Positions 19,758 through 31,873 of a stretch of 64,000 nucleotides of DNA are shown here, piece after piece. The stretch is from an uncultured Armatimonadetes bacterium (GTDB lineage Bacteria > Armatimonadota > UBA5829 > DTJY01), in contig OY970325.1 of assembly GCA_963717145.1 (NCBI GenBank), positions 3,488,001 through 3,552,000 of the forward strand, written 5' to 3'. The translations under genes and the position numbers were made by a program. How positions within the stretch are numbered: the stretch's first letter is position 1; each line of letters starts with the position of its first letter. The notes under the pieces were generated by a model. It saw only the letters and a list, made by a program, of their open reading frames with translations. It did not search any database and was not told where the DNA came from.

Positions 19758-21386
19758 ATGATGAAACAAGTTTGCGTCCTGTTACTGCTCTGTTCCGTCC
19801 TGCTGGTGTCTTCACAGCCGCTGACCGCATCAATGCCGTCGGTATGGGACAAGCAGGTCAGCTTCGAGTTCAAGGACACTCCCTTCAAAGAGGCGGTCGA
19901 CACGCTATTCAGGACGGCCGGCATGAACTATGCCTATGCTGGTGCGGTCAGCGATCGAAAGCTGACAATGGTCCTTAGGGAGGTCAGCCTGGGAAGTGCC
20001 TTCTGGCGCATTCTGAGTATCGGGGGCGCCACCGCTGATGTTGACAAGAACACGGTTCTTATAAGACCAGCCCGTCCTGCAGATTCCGTCGTGTCGGAAC
20101 TCCAGCACAAGCTGGTCGAGTCCAAAGTGCAGCTTGCCGTCGAGCTTCGGACTAGGAAAGAAGAGGATCCCGTTGTCCAGAACCTCAGAGCAGCGATCAA
20201 GGCTCTGGAAGAGCGGTTCGCCAAGGAGTACGATTTGGCGGTGTGGGCAGAGATCGTCAACGTCGACATGAAGAACATGCCGCTGGATTCCGCACTCGAG
20301 CAGTTGCTCAGGGGTACGGAGATCAACTATATGGTTGATCGGGATGTTGCGGCGCTCAAGGTAGCTGCAGTTCTGAAGAACGTGACTCGCGAGACCGCGT
20401 TTCGAGAGATTCTCAAGGCATCGGGCGTCGTCGCCACCGTGTCGCCGAATGGCATCTGGCGTATCTCCAGTGCAGGGGCGTGGTACCTGTGGGGTAAATC
20501 CACTGACCTGCAAGTCAAGTTGAGCGAGTTGAAGCGCCAGCTTCAGACCGGACCCGCCAAGTCCCCGGACGACAAAGATGTGCTAGCGCTGAAGGCAGCG
20601 ATTGCAGAACTGGAGACCAAGCTCGCCGAGGAGAACAAGCGCGCTGGAGAGACGATACGACTTGCGCCACGAACCGAGCCCGAGGCCGGAAAGAGCCAGG
20701 CATCCTTGACCCGGGTCTTCGCCATCAAGTATATCAACCCAGCCGAACTGCCGCCTCTCGTCTATGCTCTGGGCGCGCAGCAGGTGACAGTCGTGACCGG
20801 GGGCAAGCTCGTCGTCCGAGCCACGGAAGAGGTGATGAGTCAAGCCTCGGAGATCATCTCTGAACTCGACCGGGAGACCGCGCTCCCTAGGCCGGTGCGA
20901 GTGCAGATCATGGCCACCTATACTATCACGGACAAGGCGGGGAAGAAGGAGGTGCTCAAGGGCGCCACAGAGGGGACACTCCCGGAGGGACAACCGATCT
21001 CGCTCGAGATCGCCAGCCAGCCCAAGGACGCGAGCGTTATCCAGTATCCGCTGATACTGGACCTCTGGCTGACCCGCGAGATGGAGCAGGAGGATCGGAT
21101 AACTCTTCAGGGCAAATGGAACCTGCAGTCTCTGGTCAGAGTTGAACCATCTGGACAACTGAATTCCTTGACCCTGTCAACCGTTCCCGTTGCACTATCA
21201 GCCGTCACGGGCAAGCCGATCATTATAGGATCAGGCACATTTGGACGTCCGGGCGGGACGGTTGACTTTGAGGTGACCGCGATCATTACCTACGGTGAGG
21301 GCAGGCTCAGGTTGAGGACCGACGATAAGGGTCCGAATCCGGCCAACCAGCGCCCCCCGCTTGTCCATGGAGTCCCTGCAAAGTGA
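19758..21386 (+). CDS. Secreted protein with secretin-N/STN-like domains and coiled coils
   Basis: Signal peptide; two STN-like units; a TRVFAIKYINPAEL secretin-N-like unit; no obvious full secretin barrel. Confidence 0.65.
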   Translation: MMKQVCVLLLLCSVLLVSSQPLTASMPSVWDKQVSFEFKDTPFKEAVDTLFRTAGMNYAYAGAVSDRKLTMVLREVSLGSAFWRILSIGGATADVDKNTVLIRPARPADSVVSELQHKLVESKVQLAVELRTRKEEDPVVQNLRAAIKALEERFAKEYDLAVWAEIVNVDMKNMPLDSALEQLLRGTEINYMVDRDVAALKVAAVLKNVTRETAFREILKASGVVATVSPNGIWRISSAGAWYLWGKSTDLQVKLSELKRQLQTGPAKSPDDKDVLALKAAIAELETKLAEENKRAGETIRLAPRTEPEAGKSQASLTRVFAIKYINPAELPPLVYALGAQQVTVVTGGKLVVRATEEVMSQASEIISELDRETALPRPVRVQIMATYTITDKAGKKEVLKGATEGTLPEGQPISLEIASQPKDASVIQYPLILDLWLTREMEQEDRITLQGKWNLQSLVRVEPSGQLNSLTLSTVPVALSAVTGKPIIIGSGTFGRPGGTVDFEVTAIITYGEGRLRLRTDDKGPNPANQRPPLVHGVPAK

Positions 21387-21397
21387 TAGCCGAAGCC

Positions 21398-21542
21398 CAT
21401 AGGGGAGGTTCTCAACGGCCTCCCCATGCCACGTAGGGAACAGGCGCTGTCCCGTTCCGTGGGTGTAGGCTTACACCAGAGCGGAACGGCACAGCGGCCG
21501 TTCCCTACACGTTGCGGGCGGGCGTTGAAGCCCGCCCCTACG
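21398..21542. repeat. Cluster of GTAG-type REP-like hairpins between convergent genes
   Basis: GGGGAGG..CCTCCCC; GTAGGGAAC...GTTCCCTAC; GGGCGGGC..GCCCGCCCCTAC. Confidence 0.75.
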
Positions 21543-24500
21543 GGCTTCCGGCGAGGACGATTTCGTCGAACCAGACGATTCCGTTCGCGCCGGGGGTGAC
21601 GACGCAGGAGACGACCGCATGGGTGGCGTCGGATGGCGCTGTGACCGGTTGACCACGCCAAGGTTCGGCGCGCTTCCAGTCGCTCTTGCCGACCGAACGA
21701 GTCTCATTGTGGCCGATCGTGTTGCCGGACGAATCGTACCATGTCACTCGGATGAGCGCTCGGGCGTCGGTACTCGTCGAGCGGATGAAGCCCGCCAACT
21801 CGTGCTCTCCGGCCTTCACCGGGAGCTTGATGCTGTTCCACGACCGCTCGGATGGGCCGGGATAGATCCGCAGTGCGCGCTGGCCCGTGTAGGAGTCGCG
21901 CATCCCGCAGTTGATATCCACGAGCCCCTCGATCTTGTAGTTCCCCCACCCCGGCTTGGTCCACGTCAGCTTGTCCGACTCCTCCGATCTCGACCAGTAG
22001 TCCGGCTTATCGTCCTTGTTCTCGTCGAACTCGACGCCGTTGTCTGCTATGAGATTAGGGGACGGATAGGACGGATGAGACGGATGGGACGCCCTCACCC
22101 CCGACCCCTCTCCCTCGGAAGGGCGAGGGGAGAGCAGGATGCAGTCGATCATCTTGGCGTAGGGGCGGTCGTCGGCCATGGTGACGAGCATGTTCTTACC
22201 ACGCGGCTCACTGACCCTGATCGTGAGAGTGTGCTCGCCGGCGGAGAGCCTCACGTTGGCGTAGTGATACCATGCGAACACCTGGCGGGTGTCTTCCAGC
22301 GCGTTGTAGAGCGTGACGACCTCGATATCCCTCGGCACGAGCGTGTTCGGCGCATGATGCCACTCGCCGCCATCGATCTTCCAGGATGATGGCGATGAGT
22401 AGCCGAGCAGGTTTTCCCTGATCCACATCGCATAGTCGCCCGGCTTGTCGGCGCGGAACTTGTACTGCGCGTACCACCCCGTGTCCGCCGGAGGAGTGAC
22501 CGCCGTCTCGAGCGCGAGGCATGCCGCCCCGGACATATTCGGCATCGCGCCCATCCGGCTGTAGTTCCAGTTGTGGGCCACCGGGCTCTCGCCTTCGATG
22601 GTGATGGAACCGCCAAGACGCAAAGGACGCAAAGAAAGACCATCGATTGCTTCCCTTTGCGATCTTTGCGTCTTAGCGGTTCGATCAGGGGCGATGCGGT
22701 CTGTACTCTTTATGATGACCGCATCCCTGGCCGCCAGCGAGTCGATCATGATCCCCTCCGGTGCCCAGGGGAGATTTGCCCTGATAAACTTCATATCCAC
22801 TGGCTGCAGGCTGACGTGCAGCTTCCCGTCCTTCACCTCGCCCGCGGGACTCCCATCCGCATACCGAGCATCCACCTGCTCCCCCGGCTTCACGGGGATC
22901 GTGAACTCCCCTCGCCCTCCGGGAGAGGGGCTGGGGGTGAGGGTCTCCGGGGTCTCCAGGACTGTCACGTATTCCCCGCCGTCGCGATATGAGAACCCTC
23001 CGTCGAGGAGCTTCACGCCCAGGAGGTCGAACATCCCGTAGTACGGGTCGATCGCCTCCTCCTTGCCGACAATGAGGTCCTGCGGCTGGTACCCGTGTCG
23101 CGGGAAGACCTCCTTGCTGTTGATCTGCACGTTCCCGTCTATCAGGTTCCACACCTCGCCCTTCTCGTTGCGACCAAGGACCCGGATGCCCTCACCGCCT
23201 CGGAGTGCGGTGAGCACCTGGAACTTGCGGCCGTCCTTGTCGGTCGAGAACTGGTCGGTGTAGTACCGGTCGACCGCGGGGATCGCGCCGAGGTCGAGCC
23301 GGAAGCCTATCATCGTCACGCGCTTGCCGTCCGAGATCGCCTGGGTCAGCTCATCCGCAAACCGCTCGCTCGCGGGCTGCTTCTCGAGGTTGACGATGTG
23401 CATCGCCACGTCGGCCTTCATGCTGACCTCGGGCACGATCCAGATATTGTTCTGCGAGCGGCCGATCGGTTCGCGCCACCACCAGCCGCCGTAGTTCGAA
23501 AAATCGGAGTTCGGCTCGGAGTAGATCTCCATGCTGTGCTGGTTGAAGTGCGCCGGGAGCCGGAGGTAGATCGGCGGCTTGTAGGCGACGAGCTTGTCCG
23601 CGTTGGCGAGGATCCGGCCGTAGGTCGCGAGCCACTCCAACTGCCGGGGATCGCGCGAGACGGCGTCCGTCCACGGCTGATCGACGCCCTTTCCGCCGAT
23701 CATGTAATACTGGAAGACGCCCTTCGCGCCGCCGGAGAGGAGCCCGTTGAAGTTGGCGTACATCGTGCCCATGCGGCTCGTGTAGCCGATCCCCTTGTTG
23801 CGCGATGGAGACGCATCCTGGTGGTTGCCCTCGCCGGTCTCCGTCACTACAAGCCAAGAGGTCTTCGTCGCCTGTTCGAGTTCGCCGTGTGTGTGTACGC
23901 CCATGAAGAGAAGCATCGGCTCGCCGGTCCCGTACGATTCCATCCCGAGGCCGTCGTGACCGCCGGTGGAGCCGGTATCGTTGATATGCCACCAGTCGAT
24001 ATCCGAGAAGCACTTGTAGATCACCGGCACGTCGGCGATCTGGCCGAAGTCGTCCGCGATCCGGTTGCAGAACTCGAGTATCGCGCGCCCATGATACTCA
24101 CGGATGTCGTAGTTGAACTGGCTCGTCGTCGCATCGAGGGCATAGAGCTTATCAATCTTCGGGGAGTAGACCCACTGGATCAGCTTCTTCGTAACCCGGT
24201 CGTCGGTCCGCTCCATCGAAACCGCACTCGCGGCTGACGTGAAATCGGGGAACGAACCCTCCCTCGGCTTCCAGGCGGCGTTCAGCTTCTCGATCGTGCC
24301 GTACCGCTGACGGAGCCACTTCTCGAAGGCAGCGCGGTAGTCGTCGGTGCTCGGGATAAGGCCATGCCGCGTGTTCATCTCGTTCCACAGCGGATCGACC
24401 ACAAACCGGAATCCGGGCCCCAGCTTCACCTTGCCGTAGTGGGCGAGAACCTTGTCGCGGTACTTTTCGTAGACGCCGCCCCAGTAGTACATCACGAAGC

Positions 24501-25467
24501 CGTCGTCGATCTTGTCGGGCAGGAAGATGACCTTGTACTTGCCCGGCGAAGGCACCTTCACGTCGGCTTCCATCACCTTGTTGTCGCTCACGGTGACGGA
24601 ACCGTGCTGGACCATCGCGCCGGTCGCCTGATCCTCGACCATGAAGTACCCGCCGCGGACGTCCTTCTCCTCCGCGCGGACCGGGCCGCTCTCCGTCACC
24701 TCGACGCGTGGACCTCCGGCGACGTAGGGGTAGCTGTAACCCTTCGACTCCAGCGCCTGGAACTCGACCCCGTAGCGGAAACCGTGCTCGTCGAGGTAGT
24801 CGATGGTCTTCTGGAAGTAGGCGTAGTCATCGTCGGAGTAATCCTTCCAGAGGTACGGCTGATTGACTCCGAGGTGGAGGTAGATGTCCTTGACCCCGTA
24901 CTTCTCGAGCAGTTCGAGTTGCGCCTGGACGAGGTTCCAGTCACGATCGTAGATGAACATGCCGCCCGCCGGGATCCAGGGGACGCCGTCCCAGATCAAG
25001 GCGTGCGCGTCGTTGATGTGCCAGCGGTGGGGGACGCCGTACTTGTCGGTGAACTGCCCGCGGGTGATGAGCTTTCGCAAGACCTTCGACGGTGTGCCGG
25101 TGATCGTGATCGTGCCGGTCCAGGTCGCCTTCTCGCCGTAGACGCCCGCCTCGACCGAGTACTCGCCTGAGGGGATGTCCTTCGGGATGGCGATTGAGCC
25201 ATCAGGACTCGACGCATCAGTCACATAGGTCACATATGTCCCATAGGTCCCATCAAGGTACAGAAATGCCCTCGCGTCCTTCGGGATCGGCTCCTTCGAT
25301 CTGATATCGAAGTCGGCCCTGATGTCTGAGCCAAGCGCCGTATGGGAAGGCATCTTCATGGTAACTGATTGCACCAGCATCGGCCTCTGCGGATACTCCG
25401 GCGTCTGATAAGCAAAGGCGGAGACGGCGAGCAGTGCTATGACAGCGGCGAGCATGCATGTTCTCAT
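21538..25467 (-). CDS. Large secreted protein, probable glycoside hydrolase (GH42/beta-galactosidase-like) with C-terminal carbohydrate-binding-like domains
   Basis: Signal peptide; FEKWLRQRYGTIEKLNAAW motif; CBM-like C-terminal modules; contains four repeat-derived in-frame inserts. Confidence 0.7.
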   Translation of the reverse strand: MRTCMLAAVIALLAVSAFAYQTPEYPQRPMLVQSVTMKMPSHTALGSDIRADFDIRSKEPIPKDARAFLYLDGTYGTYVTYVTDASSPDGSIAIPKDIPSGEYSVEAGVYGEKATWTGTITITGTPSKVLRKLITRGQFTDKYGVPHRWHINDAHALIWDGVPWIPAGGMFIYDRDWNLVQAQLELLEKYGVKDIYLHLGVNQPYLWKDYSDDDYAYFQKTIDYLDEHGFRYGVEFQALESKGYSYPYVAGGPRVEVTESGPVRAEEKDVRGGYFMVEDQATGAMVQHGSVTVSDNKVMEADVKVPSPGKYKVIFLPDKIDDGFVMYYWGGVYEKYRDKVLAHYGKVKLGPGFRFVVDPLWNEMNTRHGLIPSTDDYRAAFEKWLRQRYGTIEKLNAAWKPREGSFPDFTSAASAVSMERTDDRVTKKLIQWVYSPKIDKLYALDATTSQFNYDIREYHGRAILEFCNRIADDFGQIADVPVIYKCFSDIDWWHINDTGSTGGHDGLGMESYGTGEPMLLFMGVHTHGELEQATKTSWLVVTETGEGNHQDASPSRNKGIGYTSRMGTMYANFNGLLSGGAKGVFQYYMIGGKGVDQPWTDAVSRDPRQLEWLATYGRILANADKLVAYKPPIYLRLPAHFNQHSMEIYSEPNSDFSNYGGWWWREPIGRSQNNIWIVPEVSMKADVAMHIVNLEKQPASERFADELTQAISDGKRVTMIGFRLDLGAIPAVDRYYTDQFSTDKDGRKFQVLTALRGGEGIRVLGRNEKGEVWNLIDGNVQINSKEVFPRHGYQPQDLIVGKEEAIDPYYGMFDLLGVKLLDGGFSYRDGGEYVTVLETPETLTPSPSPGGRGEFTIPVKPGEQVDARYADGSPAGEVKDGKLHVSLQPVDMKFIRANLPWAPEGIMIDSLAARDAVIIKSTDRIAPDRTAKTQRSQREAIDGLSLRPLRLGGSITIEGESPVAHNWNYSRMGAMPNMSGAACLALETAVTPPADTGWYAQYKFRADKPGDYAMWIRENLLGYSSPSSWKIDGGEWHHAPNTLVPRDIEVVTLYNALEDTRQVFAWYHYANVRLSAGEHTLTIRVSEPRGKNMLVTMADDRPYAKMIDCILLSPRPSEGEGSGVRASHPSHPSYPSPNLIADNGVEFDENKDDKPDYWSRSEESDKLTWTKPGWGNYKIEGLVDINCGMRDSYTGQRALRIYPGPSERSWNSIKLPVKAGEHELAGFIRSTSTDARALIRVTWYDSSGNTIGHNETRSVGKSDWKRAEPWRGQPVTAPSDATHAVVSCVVTPGANGIVWFDEIVLAGSP

Positions 25468-25664
25468 ACTGGCTTTCTTCTGCGGATAAGTTGCGCCTTC
25501 CTCTACAGGCCAGGACAAAAACAGATCGCAGGTTCTTACCCACCTTGTTCGAAACCCCACCATATTGGGTAGACTTACTACGATAGCAACACTATGCTGG
25601 CACTAACAAGTCAGTCGATATTGCTGCAGTCGGACCATCAGTTGCCCCAACTTGGGGAGAGGGA

Positions 25665-27272
25665 GTGCCGGAATTGGGCAAGGTATGCATCGATCTAACA
25701 GAGCGGCTCGCCGACTTGGAAGCCGAGAACCGTCGTCTTTCATCTGAGGTGGATGAACTCAGAGTGGCTGCGGGCAGGCTCGCGGCCCTCGCAGCCATGG
25801 TCGTATCCTCCGAGGACGCCATCATCGGCTTGACTCTGGACGGCGTTATCCTGACCTGGGATGCCGGGGCAGAGCACCTCTACCAGTACCCTGCGAAAGA
25901 CGCGATCGGGAAGAGCATCTCTGTTTTCAGCCCACCGAACGTTCAAGACGAGATCCCTCTGCTGCTTCGGAGAGTAGCTCTTGGGGAGCGCATAGAGCAC
26001 TACAAAACCACAATGGTTAAGAAAAACGGCGACAAGGCGAACGTCCAGTTGGCAATATCACTGGCCAGGGACAAGGCCGGCAATGTCGTCGGCGCGCTGA
26101 CGATCGCACGAGACTTCTCAGAGACCAGTCGGGCAAGCATGCCACTCCGCGCATCCCAGTATGCCCCCAACCTCATCGAGGTAAGCCTGGACTGCATGGT
26201 CACCATCGGCCCGGACGGCAGAATCACCGATGTCAACAGGGCTGCGGAGGAAGTCACCGGTGTGAACAGGGAGGGGCTCATCGGAAGCGATTTCTCGGAC
26301 TACTTCACCGAGCCGGACCGCGCGCGCGAGGTCTACCAGCTTGTCTTCTCGGGAGGGACGGTTCCAGACTATGCGCTTGCGATCCGGCATCGATCAGGCA
26401 GAATAACCGACGTTCTTTACAATGCCACGGTTTATCGAGACGCGACGGGAGAGGTCAGAGGGGCATTTGCAGCAGCCCGTGACGTCACTGAATGCAAGAA
26501 GGCCCAAGAGGAGGTCCGTCCGCTCCATGAGACGCTGGCGCAACGTGCGGCCGAACTCGAGGCAACGAATAAGGAACTCGTGGCCTTCAGCTACTCAGTG
26601 TCCCATGACCTGTGCGCCCCATTGAACAGCATAGACGGGTTCAGCAGGGCGCTGGTGGAGAACTTCGGCAAGTCGCTGGGCCCGGAGGCCACAGAGTACC
26701 TGGATCGCATCCGCGGGTCATCGCAGCTCATGGCACAGCTCATCGACGACATGCTGAGGCTCTCATGCATCACCCGAACCGAGATGCGCCGCGTTCCGGT
26801 CGACCTGAGTTCGATCGCGCGGACCATAGCAGACGACCTTCACGGGTGCGAACCGGAGCGCTCCGTCGGATTCGTCATAGCTCCTGATCTGACCGCCCAA
26901 GGCGATCCGGATCTGCTCAGGATCGTTCTCCAGAACCTGATCCATAATTCATGGAAGTTCACCAGCAAGAATGCCGGTGGGAGAATCGAGATCGGGGCGC
27001 AGGACACCGACGGCGAGCGCGCGTTCTTCGTCCGGGATGACGGCGCCGGTTTCGATATGCGATATGTCGACAGGATGTTTACCGCCTTCCAGCGTCTACA
27101 CCTGGCCTCGGAGTTCCCCGGCACGGGCATCGGCCTGGCCTCCGTGCAGCGCGTGATTCGCCGGCACGGCGGAAAGGTGTGGGCGGAAGGCAAAGTCGGC
27201 GAAGGCGCCACGATATACTTCACGGTCGGAGACGGGAAGAACACCGTGGATTGCGAGGAGGATAGGGAATGA
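25665..27272 (+). CDS. PAS-domain sensor histidine kinase
   Basis: Two PAS domains; FSYSVSHDL H-box; N, G1 (DDGAGF), F and G2 (GTGIGL) boxes. Confidence 0.95.
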   Translation: MPELGKVCIDLTERLADLEAENRRLSSEVDELRVAAGRLAALAAMVVSSEDAIIGLTLDGVILTWDAGAEHLYQYPAKDAIGKSISVFSPPNVQDEIPLLLRRVALGERIEHYKTTMVKKNGDKANVQLAISLARDKAGNVVGALTIARDFSETSRASMPLRASQYAPNLIEVSLDCMVTIGPDGRITDVNRAAEEVTGVNREGLIGSDFSDYFTEPDRAREVYQLVFSGGTVPDYALAIRHRSGRITDVLYNATVYRDATGEVRGAFAAARDVTECKKAQEEVRPLHETLAQRAAELEATNKELVAFSYSVSHDLCAPLNSIDGFSRALVENFGKSLGPEATEYLDRIRGSSQLMAQLIDDMLRLSCITRTEMRRVPVDLSSIARTIADDLHGCEPERSVGFVIAPDLTAQGDPDLLRIVLQNLIHNSWKFTSKNAGGRIEIGAQDTDGERAFFVRDDGAGFDMRYVDRMFTAFQRLHLASEFPGTGIGLASVQRVIRRHGGKVWAEGKVGEGATIYFTVGDGKNTVDCEEDRE

Positions 27273-28510
27273 TAAGCGTCACAGCATCAGCCGATTCTAT
27301 TGCTAGAGTCTCCCCGGAGGAAGAGGATGCGATTAGCTGCCTCCGCGCGCTGATAGTCGAGGATTCGGAAGCAGATGCTCGACTGGCGGTTCTCGAACTC
27401 CGAAGAGGGCGGTATGACTCCGTCACGTGCGAGAGGGTAGACACCCTTGAGGCGTTGACCGTCATGCTGACCGAACGAGAGTGGGATGTCATCATCTCAG
27501 ACTATGTCATGCCGACTTTCAACGGCATGGATGCACTGCACCTGGTCAGGGAGCTTGGCTTCGATATTCCATTCATCATCGTTTCGGGCAGGATCGGCGA
27601 AGACATGGCCGTCGAGGCGATGAAGGCCGGGGCGAATGATTACATCATGAAGGGCAACCTCGCGCGCCTCAACCCCGCGGTAGAGCGAGAGCTTCGAGAA
27701 GCAGAGGTGAGGCGCGAGCGCGTTGAGGCCGAGGAGGCGCTCAAAGAGAGCCGGCTCGCCCTCGAGGAAGCCTATCACTGCCAGCATCACATAGCCAATG
27801 TGTTGCAGCGCGCGCTTGCACCGATCCAGCCGACTCTCAATGATGGCTACCGTGCCGCCGCGGCATACCGACCGGCGCACGAAACCGATGAGATCGGCGG
27901 CGACTTCTACGACGTGTTCCACACCGAGGATGGCAAGGTCGGCGTGCTGATAGGTGATATCTCCGGAAAAGGCATAGAAGTCGCCGCTCTCGCCTCCTCC
28001 GACCGGAGCACGATCAAGGCGTTCACGTATGACTCGTCCTCGCCCGGGCTGGCTCTGACCCGGGCAAACGCCGCGTTGTACTCCGAGCACGGCGACGACT
28101 CGTTCGCCACTGCGGTCCTCGTCGTTCTCGATCCCCCGACCGGCAAGATCGTCTATGCCAACGCCGGGCATCCATTCCCTGAAATCAGCAGGGCGGCGCA
28201 CGAAATAGAATGCCTCTTGGGCAGTAATCTGCCGATAGGGGTGCTCGAGAGAGTGGAATACTTGGAGCGCGAGTCACACCTGTCCCCCGGCGACAAGTTG
28301 GTGCTCTACACGGACGGCATCAGCGAATCCAGGCACAAGGCTGGACTCTTTGGGTCGGCGCGCATCGAGGACACGATGCGGCAGTACAGTGATAAGTCGC
28401 CGGACTGTCTCGTGGGCGAGATCCTGGCGGCTGCGGATCGTTGGTCGCACGGGCGGCACAGGGACGACGCCACCATAGTTGCCATCGAGCGCTGCGCCAT
28501 CGCAGGATGA
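27269..28510 (+). CDS. Response regulator receiver fused to a SpoIIE/PP2C phosphatase
   Basis: LIVEDS, ISDYVMP; GGDFYD, GDISGKG, YTDGISE, DDAT. Confidence 0.93.
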   Translation: MISVTASADSIARVSPEEEDAISCLRALIVEDSEADARLAVLELRRGRYDSVTCERVDTLEALTVMLTEREWDVIISDYVMPTFNGMDALHLVRELGFDIPFIIVSGRIGEDMAVEAMKAGANDYIMKGNLARLNPAVERELREAEVRRERVEAEEALKESRLALEEAYHCQHHIANVLQRALAPIQPTLNDGYRAAAAYRPAHETDEIGGDFYDVFHTEDGKVGVLIGDISGKGIEVAALASSDRSTIKAFTYDSSSPGLALTRANAALYSEHGDDSFATAVLVVLDPPTGKIVYANAGHPFPEISRAAHEIECLLGSNLPIGVLERVEYLERESHLSPGDKLVLYTDGISESRHKAGLFGSARIEDTMRQYSDKSPDCLVGEILAAADRWSHGRHRDDATIVAIERCAIAG

Positions 28511-28542
28511 AGATTCTCTCCGTGTCCTCCGTGCCTCTGTGG

Positions 28543-29277
28543 TTACTTTGCCTTGCGGAACTGCAGGAACCACGCGCCTGGGTTCTCGTTCCGGTATGCG
28601 TTGTCCCAGGAGTTGTGCCCCACGCCGGGGTAGGTCGTCAGCTTGGGGTCGCCGCCCGCCGCCTTGATCCACTCGACCATCTCCTTTGATCTCTCCTGGG
28701 GAACGGTCGTGTCCGCCTCGCCGTGGAACGCCCAGACCGGCATCTTCGCGACTTTCTTCGCCATCGCCTCGTCGCCGCCGCCGCATACAGGTGCGATCGC
28801 CGCAAACATGTCCGGATGCCGTGCCGCGATCGCCCAGGTCCCATATCCGCCTTGTGAGAGGCCGGTGAGATAGACCCGCGAGAGGTCGAGCTTGTACTCC
28901 TTCTTCGTCTTCTCGAAGGCGGACATCATGACGATCTCCTCATCCACCCAGAACGACTCCTTGCTCTGTTTCTGAGGGAAGATCACGATGAACGGCCACT
29001 TCTCCACATCGAGCATGATGGCGTTCCCTAAGTGGAAAACCTGACGCCAGCCGTCCCTTCCGCACTCGCCGTACCCGTTGAGATGGATGACCGTCGGCAT
29101 CGGCGTCTTTGGATCATAGCTCGCCGGAACGTATACGACGTACTTGATCTCCCTGTCGGCGATCGTCATCGTCTTAGCGATGAAGCCTCTTGCGATGTCC
29201 TTCGATGGGGTATCCGCGAGCGCCGCGCCCACGAGCATGACGATGATGAGCAGAAGAACCAGTGGTAGGTGATACAT
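28543..29277 (-). CDS. Secreted alpha/beta hydrolase (esterase/peptidase)
   Basis: GLSQGG nucleophile elbow, FHGEAD, GHNSW. Confidence 0.9.
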   Translation of the reverse strand: MYHLPLVLLLIIVMLVGAALADTPSKDIARGFIAKTMTIADREIKYVVYVPASYDPKTPMPTVIHLNGYGECGRDGWRQVFHLGNAIMLDVEKWPFIVIFPQKQSKESFWVDEEIVMMSAFEKTKKEYKLDLSRVYLTGLSQGGYGTWAIAARHPDMFAAIAPVCGGGDEAMAKKVAKMPVWAFHGEADTTVPQERSKEMVEWIKAAGGDPKLTTYPGVGHNSWDNAYRNENPGAWFLQFRKAK

Positions 29278-29346
29278 TCGCTTCCTCCGTGTGATGCTGC
29301 CGTATCATTTCCACACGGAGTATACCATCCTCCTGCGTAACGCGCC

Positions 29347-29416
29347 CCGTAGCCTAGCCCTTTATGGGCGTTCGCCGTAAGCGTCGCAAGAACGCCCATA
29401 AAGGGCTAGGCTACGG
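29347..29416. repeat. GTAG-type REP doublet (27-bp arms)
   Basis: GTAGCCTAGCCCTTTATGGGCGTTC and its reverse complement; identical arms recur at 59438-59534. Confidence 0.92.
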
Positions 29417-29496
29417 CACTTGAGGCAGGTATCGGCTCGCAAGCCGGTGTATTGGGAAGGTGATCACGACATCATCGACATTTCCAGGAGCGATAT

Positions 29497-31869
<2,373 letters not shown>

Positions 31870-31873
31870 GATC

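Noticed and set aside
26590-26625. Kinase H-box reads HDLCAPL rather than the usual HDLRAPL
   Set aside because: It is a single-base difference and the phospho-His is intact; a variant cannot be distinguished from an error.
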